64,000 nucleotides of DNA from Azolla caroliniana (taxonomy: Eukaryota; Plantae; Polypodiophyta): assembly GCA_043228905.1 (NCBI GenBank), contig JBHGNT010000004.1, positions 1,612,001 through 1,676,000 of the forward strand, given 5' to 3'. Both the position numbers and the translations under genes were made by a program. Each line of letters starts with the position of its first letter. Position 1 is the first letter of the stretch. The notes under the pieces were generated by a model that was given only the letters and a program-made list of their open reading frames with translations, was not told the origin of the DNA and ran no database searches. This document shows, in pieces, positions 13,083-33,241 of this stretch.

Positions 13083-13252
13083 AGCGTCGTGGTCGTGCAA
13101 AATTATTATGTAGTCAAAGTGAAAGCAGCGTAAAAAAAAGCAAAGGATCTGTCACTCTAATCCTTCTGTAGCTTCTGATGACTCAGTAATCTCAGTCTAC
13201 ATAAACCCCCCCCCAAAACCCTAAACCTCAAGTTGAAAGCTATCACCACATT

Positions 13253-20081
<6,829 letters not shown>

Positions 20082-21999
20082 TTTCAATGAACATGCATGT
20101 AGAAATAAATATGTATGCATGTATCATGCTATTATACAATTTGCATGCATTGTATTAATGATTGTTCACACTTTTGTTCTCACTTGCGATGGCCATTTTG
20201 TATTTTTCCAGTCACTTTATTTCAACTATACCTTATGCATAAGCTACCCTCATCATCCAAATGGTTAGGATATATATACCATATGAAAATAAATACTTTG
20301 TGACATGATTGATTTTGTTAATGAATACATACATATATTATGTGGTGAATTAATCATTGTTCTAAGGTGCAAAGACATTATAAACATGCATGTCTAGATT
20401 TTGGCTCCATACTCTTGTTTGTGGTCCTCATAATATTGTAAAACTGATTTAATTATCAACCTACCATCATTGCATGTTCATGTATTATATCTTGCATCAT
20501 ATCTCCTAAAGGGTGAGATTTATAGGGACCATTTATGGGTGTGAGATTTAATTAGCATGATTTTATCATATATCCATGACATGCGTGGAGTTTGATTTTC
20601 CATGATATTTTCCAATATCAATATGGTAATTCTTAAATTGGGGAGGATATTATGAGTATGGATAGAATTTTACTTACTTGAGCCAATATACACACTCAAT
20701 TATTGTAGATCTCAAATTGGTAGAATGTTACGAATACAAATATTAACATTATTTGACGGAGTCAATATACTTGAGATATATCCATTAGATCAAGAATTGT
20801 ATGAAGGCATACACCTAGATCATAAACAAAGAATATTTATTTACATAGACTACTTCATTCTCGAATTAAGCTACTGATTTGGAATCATACAACTAACCAA
20901 CAACAACTATGTTTCTCTCATCTTTAAGGAACTTCGCAACATTTGAGTAGTTTAATTAAACACAATAATACAAATTGATTACAATTGAATTGATAACATG
21001 TGAGTTGATATAATTACAATTGTGGTTAACTTTAAGTAGGCTACTACATACATCGAACTTAGAGTATGTGTAGGTGCCTAGGACTTCTTATTATAGCATT
21101 GCCTAACATGGCCTTCTCGCAACATGAGTGTAAGGACCTTGTTGACCACATACTCACTATTTAGACATGGTAAAGAGTAATCAGGAAAGAAAGCAAGACC
21201 AAGAGATTGCTAAGATTGAGTCCTATAAGTGCAAGATTATGTGATGTTTGACCCTTGACTAGATGATAAAGAATCCTACAAGAAAGAGTCATGGTTGTGC
21301 AATTGGCTTGATGCAAAATATCTAATCAAAGTTGGAACAATAAGGGAGGATTCCCCTCATACCAATGGCAACACACATCTCCTTACAATTATACTTCGAA
21401 ACATACTTACACACACACACACACACACATATGCACATTAAGTCAGACACTCTAAAGAAAAAAACACAAAACTAATATTTAGAACATGTATGTAAACATA
21501 TTAATGTACACCATATTCAAAGTGTACGCACATAATACATATAACTCCATATATATTTATATATATATATACATATATATGTATATACATACTCGCATAA
21601 ATATTGTGCATTTGCACCAAAGGGACACAGTCTTAAATACATTCTTAAAAGAATAATAACATATTTGAACACATACACCCACAGGTACATTTATACACAT
21701 AAATCCATCTTCTTACACACATATGTACATGAGTAAATTCTTTCATGCCAATTCTCTCACACACAAATATACAATCAAACCACATGTATTAATATAATCA
21801 AACACAAACACGTGATAAAATAGGATTATTCCATTCACACGAAGGTACTTGTCGGAGAGCTAATTAACTCCTCAAAGGAGAGGTAGCGCAAAGCCTAACA
21901 CCCTCAAGCTCTCTGTCCTCGAAGTCTCGAAATTGCAATCCTCTTTGGTTCAAGTCCCTAATGGTCTTGGTCATGTTTCACACGCACACGCGTAACTTC

Positions 22000-22265
22000 A
22001 CAACAGTTCTTGATGAGCGTCGCACTTTGTGTGCTCGACCTATCGAACTTGAGGGGGAGAAAGCTCGACAATGAACACAACCTACTTGATGTGAAGGATG
22101 ATGATCAAATCATGGTAGTTATGCTCGAAGGACATGATAATGATCATGACAAATACGAAGATATTCAACCTAAGCCTAGCGACGACTTGGCATGAGATGA
22201 GGTCTAGGGTAAGTCCGAAACCTGCTTGGAACTTGTCCACAAAGAAATCTAGTATAAGATGGATG
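22000..22265 (+). mobile_element. Old copia remnant (pol C-terminus and 3' UTR), the target of the young copia
   Basis: FLMSVALCVLDLSNLRGR with TTGAGGGGGAG parallels the pol end FLTDLGLTIPDLPSLRGS at about 1250-1300. The sequence resumes after 27724. Confidence 0.5.
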
Positions 22266-25200
22266 TGTCGAATACATGTGTATAATGGACGTATTCACAC
22301 TATCCCGTTTTGGCCATTTATGTAATTAGCATAAAGGGTAGTTGCCCTAAGTCGGTCACTATATATAGTGACCTTGTAACCTTTTTGTAAGGTTGGGTGT
22401 TGTATCATTACGTTGTGCAATAAGAAAGTCTTTTGTGCCTCTCTCTCTCTCTCTCTCTCTCTGTGCACGATCTATGATTCTGTTATACGCAGGTACTCAA
22501 CAGCAATCGAATGCTTCTTGATCTTCCGCATAGACGACCTCATCCCCAACATCTGGTATCAGAGCAGAGGTTCGGCCGTCATCACCGCCTGCACAGCATT
22601 CGGTTCTTCACTTCATCACGGCCTGCACAGTATTCGCGTCATTCGAAGAAAGAGAGAAGAAGAACAAAAACGAGGTTTGCACCTCATCGCGTTAGATCCT
22701 CTTGCTTGGAGTAAGCCATCAGGTTGTACTCTGTTCCTTGTGATCGTAACCGCTCGAGGTGAAATCCCCTTGTGCATCATTGACACGATCGTGCTCCATT
22801 CGGTTAAACGGCATCCGAAGAGGTAATCAAACGCTGCTCGTTGTAACCACTCGGTGCAGATCGGTCTCAAGACAACAACCCCAAATTCGTGCTTCATCTG
22901 GCTGATCGACATTCGGGAGGATCAGTTGGATCCGTCTCTCTCGTTGCTGCAGTCAACCGAAGCAGAATCGGTCCAGATAATCGGTTTCAATAATCGGTAT
23001 TCGGCATATATATCCGAAGCGAACCGGGCTCACTCCGACTCGGCAACATTCGGGAAGACCAGTCGGTTCTATCCCTCAAGCTACCGGAGTCAACTCGAGC
23101 AAGTTCCGAAGCCGAACCGACTCGGGTTCAAATCCGACTAGAACGATATCGGGTGAGCCAACCGGCTGCACTCCAACAAGGTTCGTAGTCAACTCCGAAC
23201 CGAGCTCCGTCAACCGAAACCAAATTTGATGGCATCAACATCCGGCTCGTCAGAAATGAGTCTACGCAAGTTCGATGGATCGAACTTCAACTTCTGGAAG
23301 GAACAAATGCAGGACTATCTCATAGTCAAGGGGCAAATCGATCCCATCGAAAATGAAGAACCTCCAGAAGGATACAAACCAATTGAGTGGCAGAAGCTGG
23401 ACAGAATCGTCCGCGCCACGATTCGGATGCACCTATCGGAATCGGTATATTTTACGGTGCAATCGTGTACGACAGCATTCGAACTGTGGAAAACACTGTC
23501 GGACACTTACGAAAAGAAGGTCGCCGCAACGAAGATGTTTCTGATCCGGCGCCTCTACAACTTGCGGATGAAAGAATCCGATTCGGTTCAAGCACACCTC
23601 AATGAGTACGAAAGCATAAGCTCCCAAATCTCGTCACAGGGGACGGCAATCGAGGATGAACTCAGAGCAATGATACTCATGAGTAGCCTTCCCTCATTAT
23701 GGGAAACTTTCGTCACAACCGTGTGCAACGCGTCAACCACGGCTGTTAAATACTCCGAAGTCACGAGCGCAATCCTGACCGAAGCAGCTCGGAGAAAGTC
23801 TTTCGCCAAAGACTCAACAGACGACGCTTATGTAGTACAAGGTTCGACAGACCGATCGAACATACGAGGAAGAGATTCCTCACGGCCGCCGAACAATCAG
23901 CGAAGACGGAGCCAGTCACGGGATAACCGAATCTGCAACTATTGCAAGAAACCCGGACACATCAAAGCCGACTGCCGCGCACTCAAGAACAAGAACAACA
24001 AGAAGAGTGGCCGGCATGAGGAGATCAATTACGTCAGCTTCTCGGCTGATGTACTACCGGACGACCCGAATATACTGTCAATCGAAAATCCAGTCGGATC
24101 CGAAGTTCTGCTCACGACTGAAGAATCGAGCACATGGCTCTTGGATTCGGGCGCGTCATTTCACGTGACTCCTCATAGATCCCAATTTCGGCAATATACG
24201 ATCCGTCACTCCGACTCAGTTCGAGTCGGCAACTCACAACACTGTGACATCATCGGAATCGGCACAGTAGAGCTCAACCTTGCAGGTGGCTCTACACTTG
24301 TACTTCACAATGTCCGACATGTACCCGAGCTCTCGAGGCCATTGATCTCAGTCGGACAACTAGATGAAGACGGCATTCGTGCCGGTTTTTCTTCGGGAGG
24401 GTGGACACTCCACAGGGGGAACCTCCTGCTTGCTAGAGGACCCAAGATACACTCCCTGTATCCGTTACATGTTACGCTCAGAGAGGGTAACCTGTTTTTG
24501 GTGGATATTCCTGTGTCATCACTATGGCACAGAAGATTAGGACACCTCAGCAAGGCCGGCATCACGCATCTATCTAGAGCCGGATACATCCCCAAACTCT
24601 CCTTCTCCGACCATCAATTCTGCGAGCATTGCCAGTATGGCAAACAAGCAGCCGCATCACACCCGACATCAGCACCAAGAGAAACGAGACCTCTCGATTT
24701 AGTCCACTCGGACGTCTGTGGCCCAATGCCGCATCAGTCTCTTGGCGGTGCCTCTTACTTCGTCAGTTTTATTGACGATTCGACTCGAAAGGTGTGGGCT
24801 TATCCAATTCGCACCAAAGATCGTGTCTTCTCGATCTTCACCGATTGGCTCGCTATGGTAGAAAATCAAACCGACCGAAAGCTGAAATGCCTTCGGACCG
24901 ACAATGGGGGAGAGTTCAAATCCGATGAATTCGTCAAATTCTGCTGACAACGCGGCATCCGACGTGAATTTACGGCACCACACAGTCCGGAGCAAAACGG
25001 GATTGCAGAACGAATGAATCGGACAATCCAAGAAAGGATAGTTTCCATGCTCCAACACTCCGGACTGTCGGATGGCTTCTGGGCAGAGGCTCTACTCACG
25101 GCAGTACACATAATCAATATGTCGCCAAGTAGACCTCTAGGACTTCAAATTCCTCAGGAACTATGGATCGGCAGTAAGCCGAATTACGACAAGCTGAGGA

Positions 25201-27719
25201 TCTTCGGATGCGAGGCGTACACCCTTATTCCGAAAGATGATCGCCGAAAACTTGCACCTCGGTCCAGGAAATGTATTTTCCGTGGATATGGATCCGACGG
25301 CGAAATGGGATACCGACTCTGGGACCCCGAACGCAGACAAATCGTCCGAAGTTCGGACGTTGTGTTCAACGAGTCGGCTATGACTCCATCAGTCGAAAAA
25401 CCGATCGAAGTTCGAAGGGTAACATTTTCCGATGTGCCGACCCTTCAAGAAGGCCCCGCTCTCAACACACGATCAGCTTCACGGGTAGCTGAACCTTACA
25501 CTACCGACTCGGACGACCCCGACTCGGCACAGCAGAACAATCCGCTTTCGGACCATCCGACCTCGATACCCGATGCGACCAGTCCAATCATACCTCGACG
25601 ATCCGAGAGACTGTCGCAACCTCCGGAGAGGTATTCTCCTGGAATTTTCTTCACCGACGCCGGCGAACCGACGTCTTACGAAGAAGCATCGACATCTGTC
25701 GATTCAGCCACCTGGCATCTGGCGATGGAGTCGGAAATGCACTCCATTCGGGCAAACAAGACTTGGGATCTGGTCGAATTACCTAGGAACCGACGTGCTC
25801 TTCCTTGCAAGTGGGTTTATCGACTAAAAGAGACGTCTGATTCGACCACCCCAAAGTACAAGGCCAGATTAGTTGCGAAGGGCTTCCGACAAGAATATGG
25901 CGTCGACTTCGACGAGATTTTTTCACCAGTGGTGAAAATGACAACCCTCCGTTTTCTACTCGGCGTAGTGGCAGCCGACAACTTGGAGCTAATTCAGCTA
26001 GATGTCAAAACAGCCTTCCTCCATGGTGATCTTGACGAGGAAATTTATATGGAGCAGCCAAAAGGCTTTGTGGCAACTGGCCAAGAACATCTAGTCTGCC
26101 GACTCAGGAAGAGTCTATACGGCCTCAAACAGGCACCGCGACAATGGTACAAGAAGTTCGACGACTTCATCCAATCGATCGGCTTCTCCAAAAGCGATGA
26201 GGACCATTGTCTCTTCACCAACACAGCTCAAGATGGATCACCCATCTTCCTCATCATTTACGTGGACGACATGCTAATTTCTGGACGCCACGCGGGCGAA
26301 CTTGCCGATCTCATTCGGCAACTGCGGTTGAAGTTTGCCATGAAGGACCTCGGTCCGGCACGACACATACTCGGCATGAAGATTAGTCGCCATCGCGACA
26401 AACGACATCTTTTTTTGTCTCAGACCGACTATATCGGACGTGTCTTGGAACGCTTCAACATGCAATCAGCCAAATCTGCTTCAACCCCGCTCCCAATGAA
26501 TCTTCGGCTCTCTCAGCGAGACTGCCCGACATCCGGCCCGGAGGGGGAAGATATGAAGTCGGTACCGTATGCACCGGCAGTCGGCTCCCTTATGTACCTG
26601 ATGGTCGCGACACGGCCTGATATTTCTCATGCCGTAGGAGTCGTTAGCAGATTTATGCACAATCCTGGCCGATCGCATTGGAACGCAGTCAAGCATGTGT
26701 TCAGATATCTGGCTGGCACAAAAGACCATGGCATTCTTTTCGGTCCGAACCGAACCTCAGGCGTAGTCGGTTACACCGACTCGGACTTCGCCGGCTGTAT
26801 AGACAGTCGGAAATCAACAACCGGATACTGCTTCAAATTCGGCAATGGAGCAATCTCGTGGAAGTCGAAACTTCAGGAGTGCACAGCGACCTCAACGACC
26901 GAAGCAGAATATGTAGCTGCGTCCGACGCAGCAAAAGAAGCTTTGTGGCTCGGTCAGCTGGCGCACACGTTTCGACAAGTCGACCATGACTCGGCTCCAG
27001 TTGTCTACAGCGACAGTCAAGGTGCTGTTGCCTTGTCGAAAAATCCAGTTCACCACAACGCCTCCAAACATATCGACGTTCGATATCACTTCGTTCGGGA
27101 CTGCGTCATTTCAGGGAAAATCGGTCTAGAGAAAATATCCACAACCGACAATGTCGCAGATGGAATGACCAAGTGTCTTTCGGCAGACCGTTTTCGGTCT
27201 CTTCGGCATCAGATGGGCGTAACGACAAACCAGTCCGGTTAGAGCCGGACACAGAGCAGGATGGTTCCCGACAACCGACATCAGTTCCTTAATGATCAGC
27301 TTCAACTGTTCCGACCCGACCAGTTCGGTCTTCTGCCTTCGGACCCTGCCGACTCGAACAAAGCTGATATGTCCGAGAACCTAAGTCTATACCTGTAATC
27401 TTAGATAACCCATGTATACGCCCATTACGGGGGAGTGTCGAATACATGTGTATAATGGACGTATTCACACTATCCCGTTTTGGCCATTTATGTAATTAGC
27501 ATAAAGGGTAGTTGCCCTAAGTCGGTCACTATATATAGTGACCTTGTAACCTTTTTGTAAGGTTGGGTGTTGTATCATTACGTTGTGCAATAAGAAAGTC
27601 TTTTGTGCCTCTCTCTCTCTCTCTCTCTCTGTGCACGATCTATGATTCTGTTATACGCAGGTACTCAACAGCAATCGAATGCTTCTTGATCTTCCGCATA
27701 GACGACCTCATCCCCAACA
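22266..27719 (+). mobile_element. Full-length, very young Ty1/copia LTR retrotransposon
   Basis: 5' LTR 22266-22551 and 3' LTR 27436-27719, identical except for one CT unit. TSD GGATG at 22261-22265 and 27720-27724. PBS TGGTATCAGAGC at 22554-22565 (tRNA-iMet). PPT at about 27429-27435. Confidence 0.98.
23229..27242 (+). pseudogene. copia gag-pol polyprotein with a single in-frame TGA at 24945-24947
   Basis: Gag (KFDGSNFNFWK, CNYCKKPGHIKADC knuckle), protease WLLDSGAS, integrase (WHRRLGH..CEHC, VHSDVCGP, RTDNGGEF, QNGIAER), RT (YKARLVAKG, YVDD) and RNaseH (TDSDFAG, TEAEY). ORFs 23226-24947 and 25014-27242 share one frame. Confidence 0.95.
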
Positions 27720-30576
27720 GGATGTAGGCTCGAGAATGCAGACCGGGTCTAGATAAGCTCGACAAAGTTTCAACACCCCCGAATTTTAGAGAACCAACTT
27801 TTTGGATTGACAATGCAATCGCACGATCAAACCGAGCACAGAGGATACCATGAAAACCTCAAACCGACAACATTGTGGCTGACAACACTACGGGAATCTT
27901 CGTAATGAATCACATTCAGTGTGGTCGAATATGGTTGGTTTATTTGATTCACATGTATATAATGCCCACGGGCCACAATGGCATATTGTAACATTGTTGA
28001 TGAATGAATCTTTTTCATCTTGTACTTTACCTCTTCCAACACTCTCTTGTAGAATGTTCATAATGACTAAACCCTAACTCTTTTTCTCAACTTCGCTCCT
28101 GTCACATACATCCACACAACACATTGCTTCCACATAAATGATTAGGAAACCCTATTTATTGACATACATACCTTGCATCATATCACCTAAAGGGAACTCT
28201 TCACTATGAGGGCAACATGTTTTTTGCTCCCAACTTAGTCACCAATGAGAACATTTGTTATTGCCGTCATCATGTTTGCTTCATTAATGGCAACGTCACT
28301 TGTGTATCATTTTCTAAGATGAAGATTTGGTTATCATGGTTTTGTTTATACCCACTTGGTAGACATGACTAAAGTATGAATTTTCATATTATCCACCATA
28401 GTGATTGTAGTTCTCCGTTCCTCAAAGAATATGGTTTTAGAGTAAGTCTTAATTGCGAATGGAAGTGTGGTTTGGTTCTTATTAGTATATATGTCATATA
28501 TCTAATGTACTCAATGGTTAGGTCCTATTGAGACCATAATTAGTTTCTTGGTTAGATGACTTGAACAAGAGAGGATAATGAGTGTTCATGGACTCTTGGT
28601 ATACTAGGTTAGCAACTTGAGAGTGCTTGATAACCACTCTCATTCGACTTGCCATCAAGACTTGGGAATACAATGTTCAAGCCCCCACATATAATCTTAG
28701 CGGGAAGATGGAACTATTCCATTTTGAGCATGCATTCGGTGGAAGCACCTTGAGATGACAGAATCCGCTCAGAGAGAAAGCTCAATTCACTAGTTCAATG
28801 TTATCTAGTATGGATATTCCCTCATATAAACATGTTTTATTGTAGGCATTACAATGATTTACTTAGCTCATGTACAATGGTTAGATAATTCACTTGATAT
28901 CGCATTGATTGTTTCACAATTTCAGTTGATCAAATCTTACAAAGTGTTTCCTTGTTCAGTCGAGGTGGACCCACAAGACCAACGAGTCACCGGTTGGAGC
29001 GAGCCCACAATTGAAGACATCCAATGAGGCCAACGAACCAATGATTGAGCTGAACATTTAAGAATAAACTATTGACATCTCCAATGATATGTTATAAGAA
29101 ACACACCACACACCAATATTTGATCTATTTCCTACACATATTACATCTATTTACACTAATAATCAAAATGGTAAACGCACTCTGCCAGATATATATAATG
29201 TGGTATGGTTAATTCACTGGACTTGATAATTATTCCTTATCATCAAATCGTGTTGGTTTGGGGTCCTTTCTCTTTCATTCTTCTTCTTGTGCTTCTTCTT
29301 CTTCCCCAATATTTCCATGTCAAAGCTCAAAACAATGAAGGTAATACAAGATTCTGGATGCCAACATTGTTTATTAACAGTAGATTGATCCCTTAGAAGT
29401 ATCCTTTAATTTGATCCTTACTTTCTCCTCCATTTGATCCCTACTTTGTCTCCATATGATCCGTCATTCAATCCTACTTACTTTCTCTTCCAATCTCCAT
29501 CGTTATTAACCCCATTAGCTAGTTTTAACTTGTTGAGGGCATTAAATCTAATGATTGCTTGCTTCAATTACAGTTCAAGCACTCCTGAGTATTAAAACCG
29601 CAGTTGGGGGTTCAGCTTCAATTATAACATCTTGGGATTGTTCTGCGCCAAATCCTTGCAATTGGACCGGGGTCACATGTTCCTCCTTTAATCGTGTTAC
29701 AGCACTGTAATTTCTCCTTAATTTTCCATGAATCTCTAACTCAATGCTAATTCTGGTTTGCTAATGCTAAAAATATACTATTCATGCCTTCTAATGCTAC
29801 TTATACTCCCTTAATGATAATCACATCTTGTAAGTGCTACTTATGGCTTATTTATAATGTTGAGTACAGCTAATTACATTCTAGTTAACGCTAATAATGT
29901 TCTAATTGTGATCTTCATGACTAATTTTGTTATTTAAATTGTTGGAATATGTCAAGATTTGGTCTACAAGGGACATTACCAAATGATTCCTTCGCTAGGC
30001 CTTACGGCACTAACATCATTGGATCTATATAACAATTCCCTCACGAGTCCTTTGCCATCAATGTCTACTATGACACAATTACATGACTTGTATGTCAAAT
30101 TTAGCCTCGTCATGGATGATAAAAAAATTCTATGCTATTCTTACACGAATCACATGCCCTTCAAATAAAATAATCTTCAAAGAAACCCAACCTTTTGATA
30201 ATTTCTGTTTACACTAATCATAATGCCTTACATTATGATTATATATTGCAGGAATTTATCAATGAATGCATTCAATGAGGAATTTCCAAATGATATACTA
30301 ACTTCTAAGGCCTTGTGCTATTGTAAATCTTTTTGTATCACTTGTTTTAGTTTTTACACCTAAGATTTGATACACATTCACAACTATATGGAAGTCGAGC
30401 TATAAAGATTTTATCATACAACCATTTAGCAATACATAAGGGAATCTATGCCTAATTGAAAGATAAAACAAAATAAATGGAACATGTATTAACATGTTAG
30501 AGGCCTTCAATGTTTCCAAGCACATGTCCAACAACAAATTCCAAGGTGCACTTCTAGAAGAAATATCTGTCTTATT

Positions 30577-32973
30577 TGTCACAAACACACCAAGCGCGGA
30601 CTAGGACGGAACACAGATGATGGGGCTACGAGTGACGGATGAACTTGGAGCTAGATGTGACGAGGCTAGGAACTCTAGATGTTGTGAGCAACATGACGGC
30701 ATGAAGACAAAAATAAAGATCAAGGAGACAAAGATGAGGCGAAACAAGAATACTAGATTGATGTGTCAATGACTGGTGTTGAATCCCTTAAAAGGGACCA
30801 AGGAGGTTACAAGTATTTATACTGTGAGTCGAAGTACATGGATTAGAATATTCGGGAGAATATTCTAGAACCCTCTAGAACCTTCTAATTCTAGAACTTT
30901 CTAAAAACTCCTAGAACTTGAAATAGATAATCTACTAATAATGTACTAAGATATACATAACATGACATATATCTGGATGTGTTGGTTAGAACACAACACT
31001 TGACTATATACAAGAGGTCAAGAGTTCAAATCTTTTTGTCATGTCTGTAACAATATCCTCCCCTTTACGGCCACCTTTTCGAAAGTGTGGTGTAGGGGTG
31101 AGCTGAAAGAGAAAACCAAAGTACGTTGAGGTGTGAGTGACCATGAGCAGTCCTCACCAGAAATAGGAGCATGGGTGAATGCGAGCAACCATGTGTGGTC
31201 CTCACCGGAGACTGGACACCAACATGAGCCTGAGCAACCATGTTCGGTCCTCACCGGAGACTGGAATACCAACGTGAGTGTGAGCGACCATGTGCGGTCC
31301 TCACCGGAGACCGGAACACCAACGTGAGTGTGAGCGACCATGTGCGGTCCTCACCGGAGACTGGAACACCAACGTGAGTGTGAGCGACCATGTGCGGTCC
31401 TCACTGGAGACTGGAACACCAACATGCGTGAACGACCATGTGCAGTCCTCACCAAAGACAAGAACACCAATGGGCGTGAGCGACCATGTGCAATCCTCAC
31501 CGAGAACTGGAACACCAACGGACGTGAGCGACCATGTGCGGTCCTCACCGAAGACAAGAACACCAATGGAAATGAGCGACCATGTGCGGTCCTCACCGGG
31601 AACTGGAACACCAACGAGTGTGAGAGACCATGTACGGTCCTCACCGGAGATGCAAACACCAAAGGGCGTGAGCGATCATGTGCGGTTCTTACCGGAGACA
31701 CAAACATTAATGGATGTGAGCAACCCTACATGGTCCTCACCGGGAACTGGAACACTTGACGACAATGACGACTAGGCAAAGTAGTGTTGATGATGACAAA
31801 AAGAGGGTTGAAGATGATGATGTCGAAGACGAAGCAATGAAGGCAATGATGTTGACAAAGCAACTTTGGAAGCAACGACTTTGACTATGGCAATGATGGA
31901 AGCGGAGAAAGAGATGAAGAGGATAAGAAACATAGAGATCGAGATGTTGAGGTTCTGAAGAAACACAAAGACACATATACAAAGGATGATAGAAAACACA
32001 AAGACTGGGATGAAGGTGATAGGAAACGCAAAGAAAGTGACGAAGATAATAAGAAACGCATAGATAGAGATGAAAACGGTAGGAAACACAAGGAGAAGGA
32101 TAACAATGACAAAAAATGCAAGACAGGGATGTGGAAGATGATAAGAAGTGCAGAGATAGAGATATGACGATGAGAAGAAACTAGGAGATAGAGATGTGAA
32201 GGATGAGAAGAAACTAGGAGATAGAGATGATGATGAGAAGAAACTAGGAGATAGGGATGTGGAAGAGGATAAGAAGCCAAACATAGGGATGATGATAAGA
32301 AATGTAGCGATAGATATGAACTAAAAAACAAAGACAATGAAGAGGAGAAATTAAAAAGACATAGATGACGATGAGAAGAAACTAGCAGATAGAGATGGTG
32401 AGGAAGATAGGAAACGAAGTGATGTTGACGATGGTAACTCTAGAAGCAAGGGCGATGACAAAGACGGGTGATGCTTCCAGTTGGAAGGGATTCAAACTAT
32501 CACAAACACACCAAGCGCGGACTAGGACGGAACACAGATGATGGGGCTACGAGTGACGGATGAACTTGGAGCTAGATGTGACGAGGCTAGGAACTCTAGA
32601 TGTTGTGAGCGACATGACGGCATGAAGACAAAAATAAAGATCAAGGAGACAAAGATGAGGCAAAACAAGAATACTAGATTGATGTGTCAATGACTAGTGT
32701 TGAATCCCTTAAAAGGGACCAAGGAGGTTACAAGTATTTATACTGTGAGTCGAAGTACATGGATTAGAATATTCGGGAGAATATTCTAGAACCCTCTAGA
32801 ACCTTCTAATTCTAGAACTTTCTAAAAACTCCTAGAACTTGAAATAGATAATCTACTAATAATGTACTAAGATATACATAACATGACATATATCTGGATG
32901 TGTTGGTTAGAACACAACACTTGACTATATACAAGAGGTCAAGAGTTCAAATCTTTTTGTCATGTCTGTGTCA
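30577..32973 (-). mobile_element. Non-autonomous LTR retroelement (TRIM/LARD-like, 2397 bp) inserted in RLK copy 2 exon 5
   Basis: Two 476-bp LTRs (30577-31052 and 32498-32973) with about 6 differences. TSD TTATT/TTATC. Minus-strand PPT AAAGGGGAGGA at 31056-31066. No gag or pol inside. Confidence 0.93.
31130..31757. repeat. About 12 tandem copies of a 50-51-bp unit inside the non-autonomous LTR element
   Basis: Unit GAGCGACCATGTGCGGTCCTCACCGGAGACTGGAACACCAACGTGAGTGT, e.g. at 31282, 31332 and 31382. Confidence 0.95.
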
Positions 32974-33166
32974 TTATCCGACCTACAAGAGTTGTGAGCA
33001 TGATAGATTGCTCTCATTACTCCTTTCAATTAAACCATCTAAGAAAACATACATACATACATATACATATACATCAATTCTACGTGGATGAAATATTTGG
33101 AATTAGTAGAGGTAGTGTGGGTTGATGCGTTGAAAATAATACGAATGATAAAATCTCTATGTCTAT

Positions 33167-33240
<74 letters not shown>

Positions 33241-33241
<1 letters not shown>

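Noticed and set aside
24945-24953. Programmed stop-codon readthrough in the copia pol
   Set aside because: The stop lies inside the integrase catalytic core rather than at a gag/pol boundary, and TGA CAA CGC does not fit the CARYYA context; a CGA>TGA mutation is simpler.
31130-31757. CRISPR-like regularly spaced repeats, and ORFs 31290-31775 and 31340-31759
   Set aside because: The inter-core segments are homologous to each other rather than unique spacers, the context is eukaryotic with no cas genes, and the ORFs are by-products of the repeat.
32477-32497. tRNA T-loop-like GTTTGAATCCC on the minus strand
   Set aside because: No cloverleaf or A-box; better explained as the self-complementary PBS of the LTR element.
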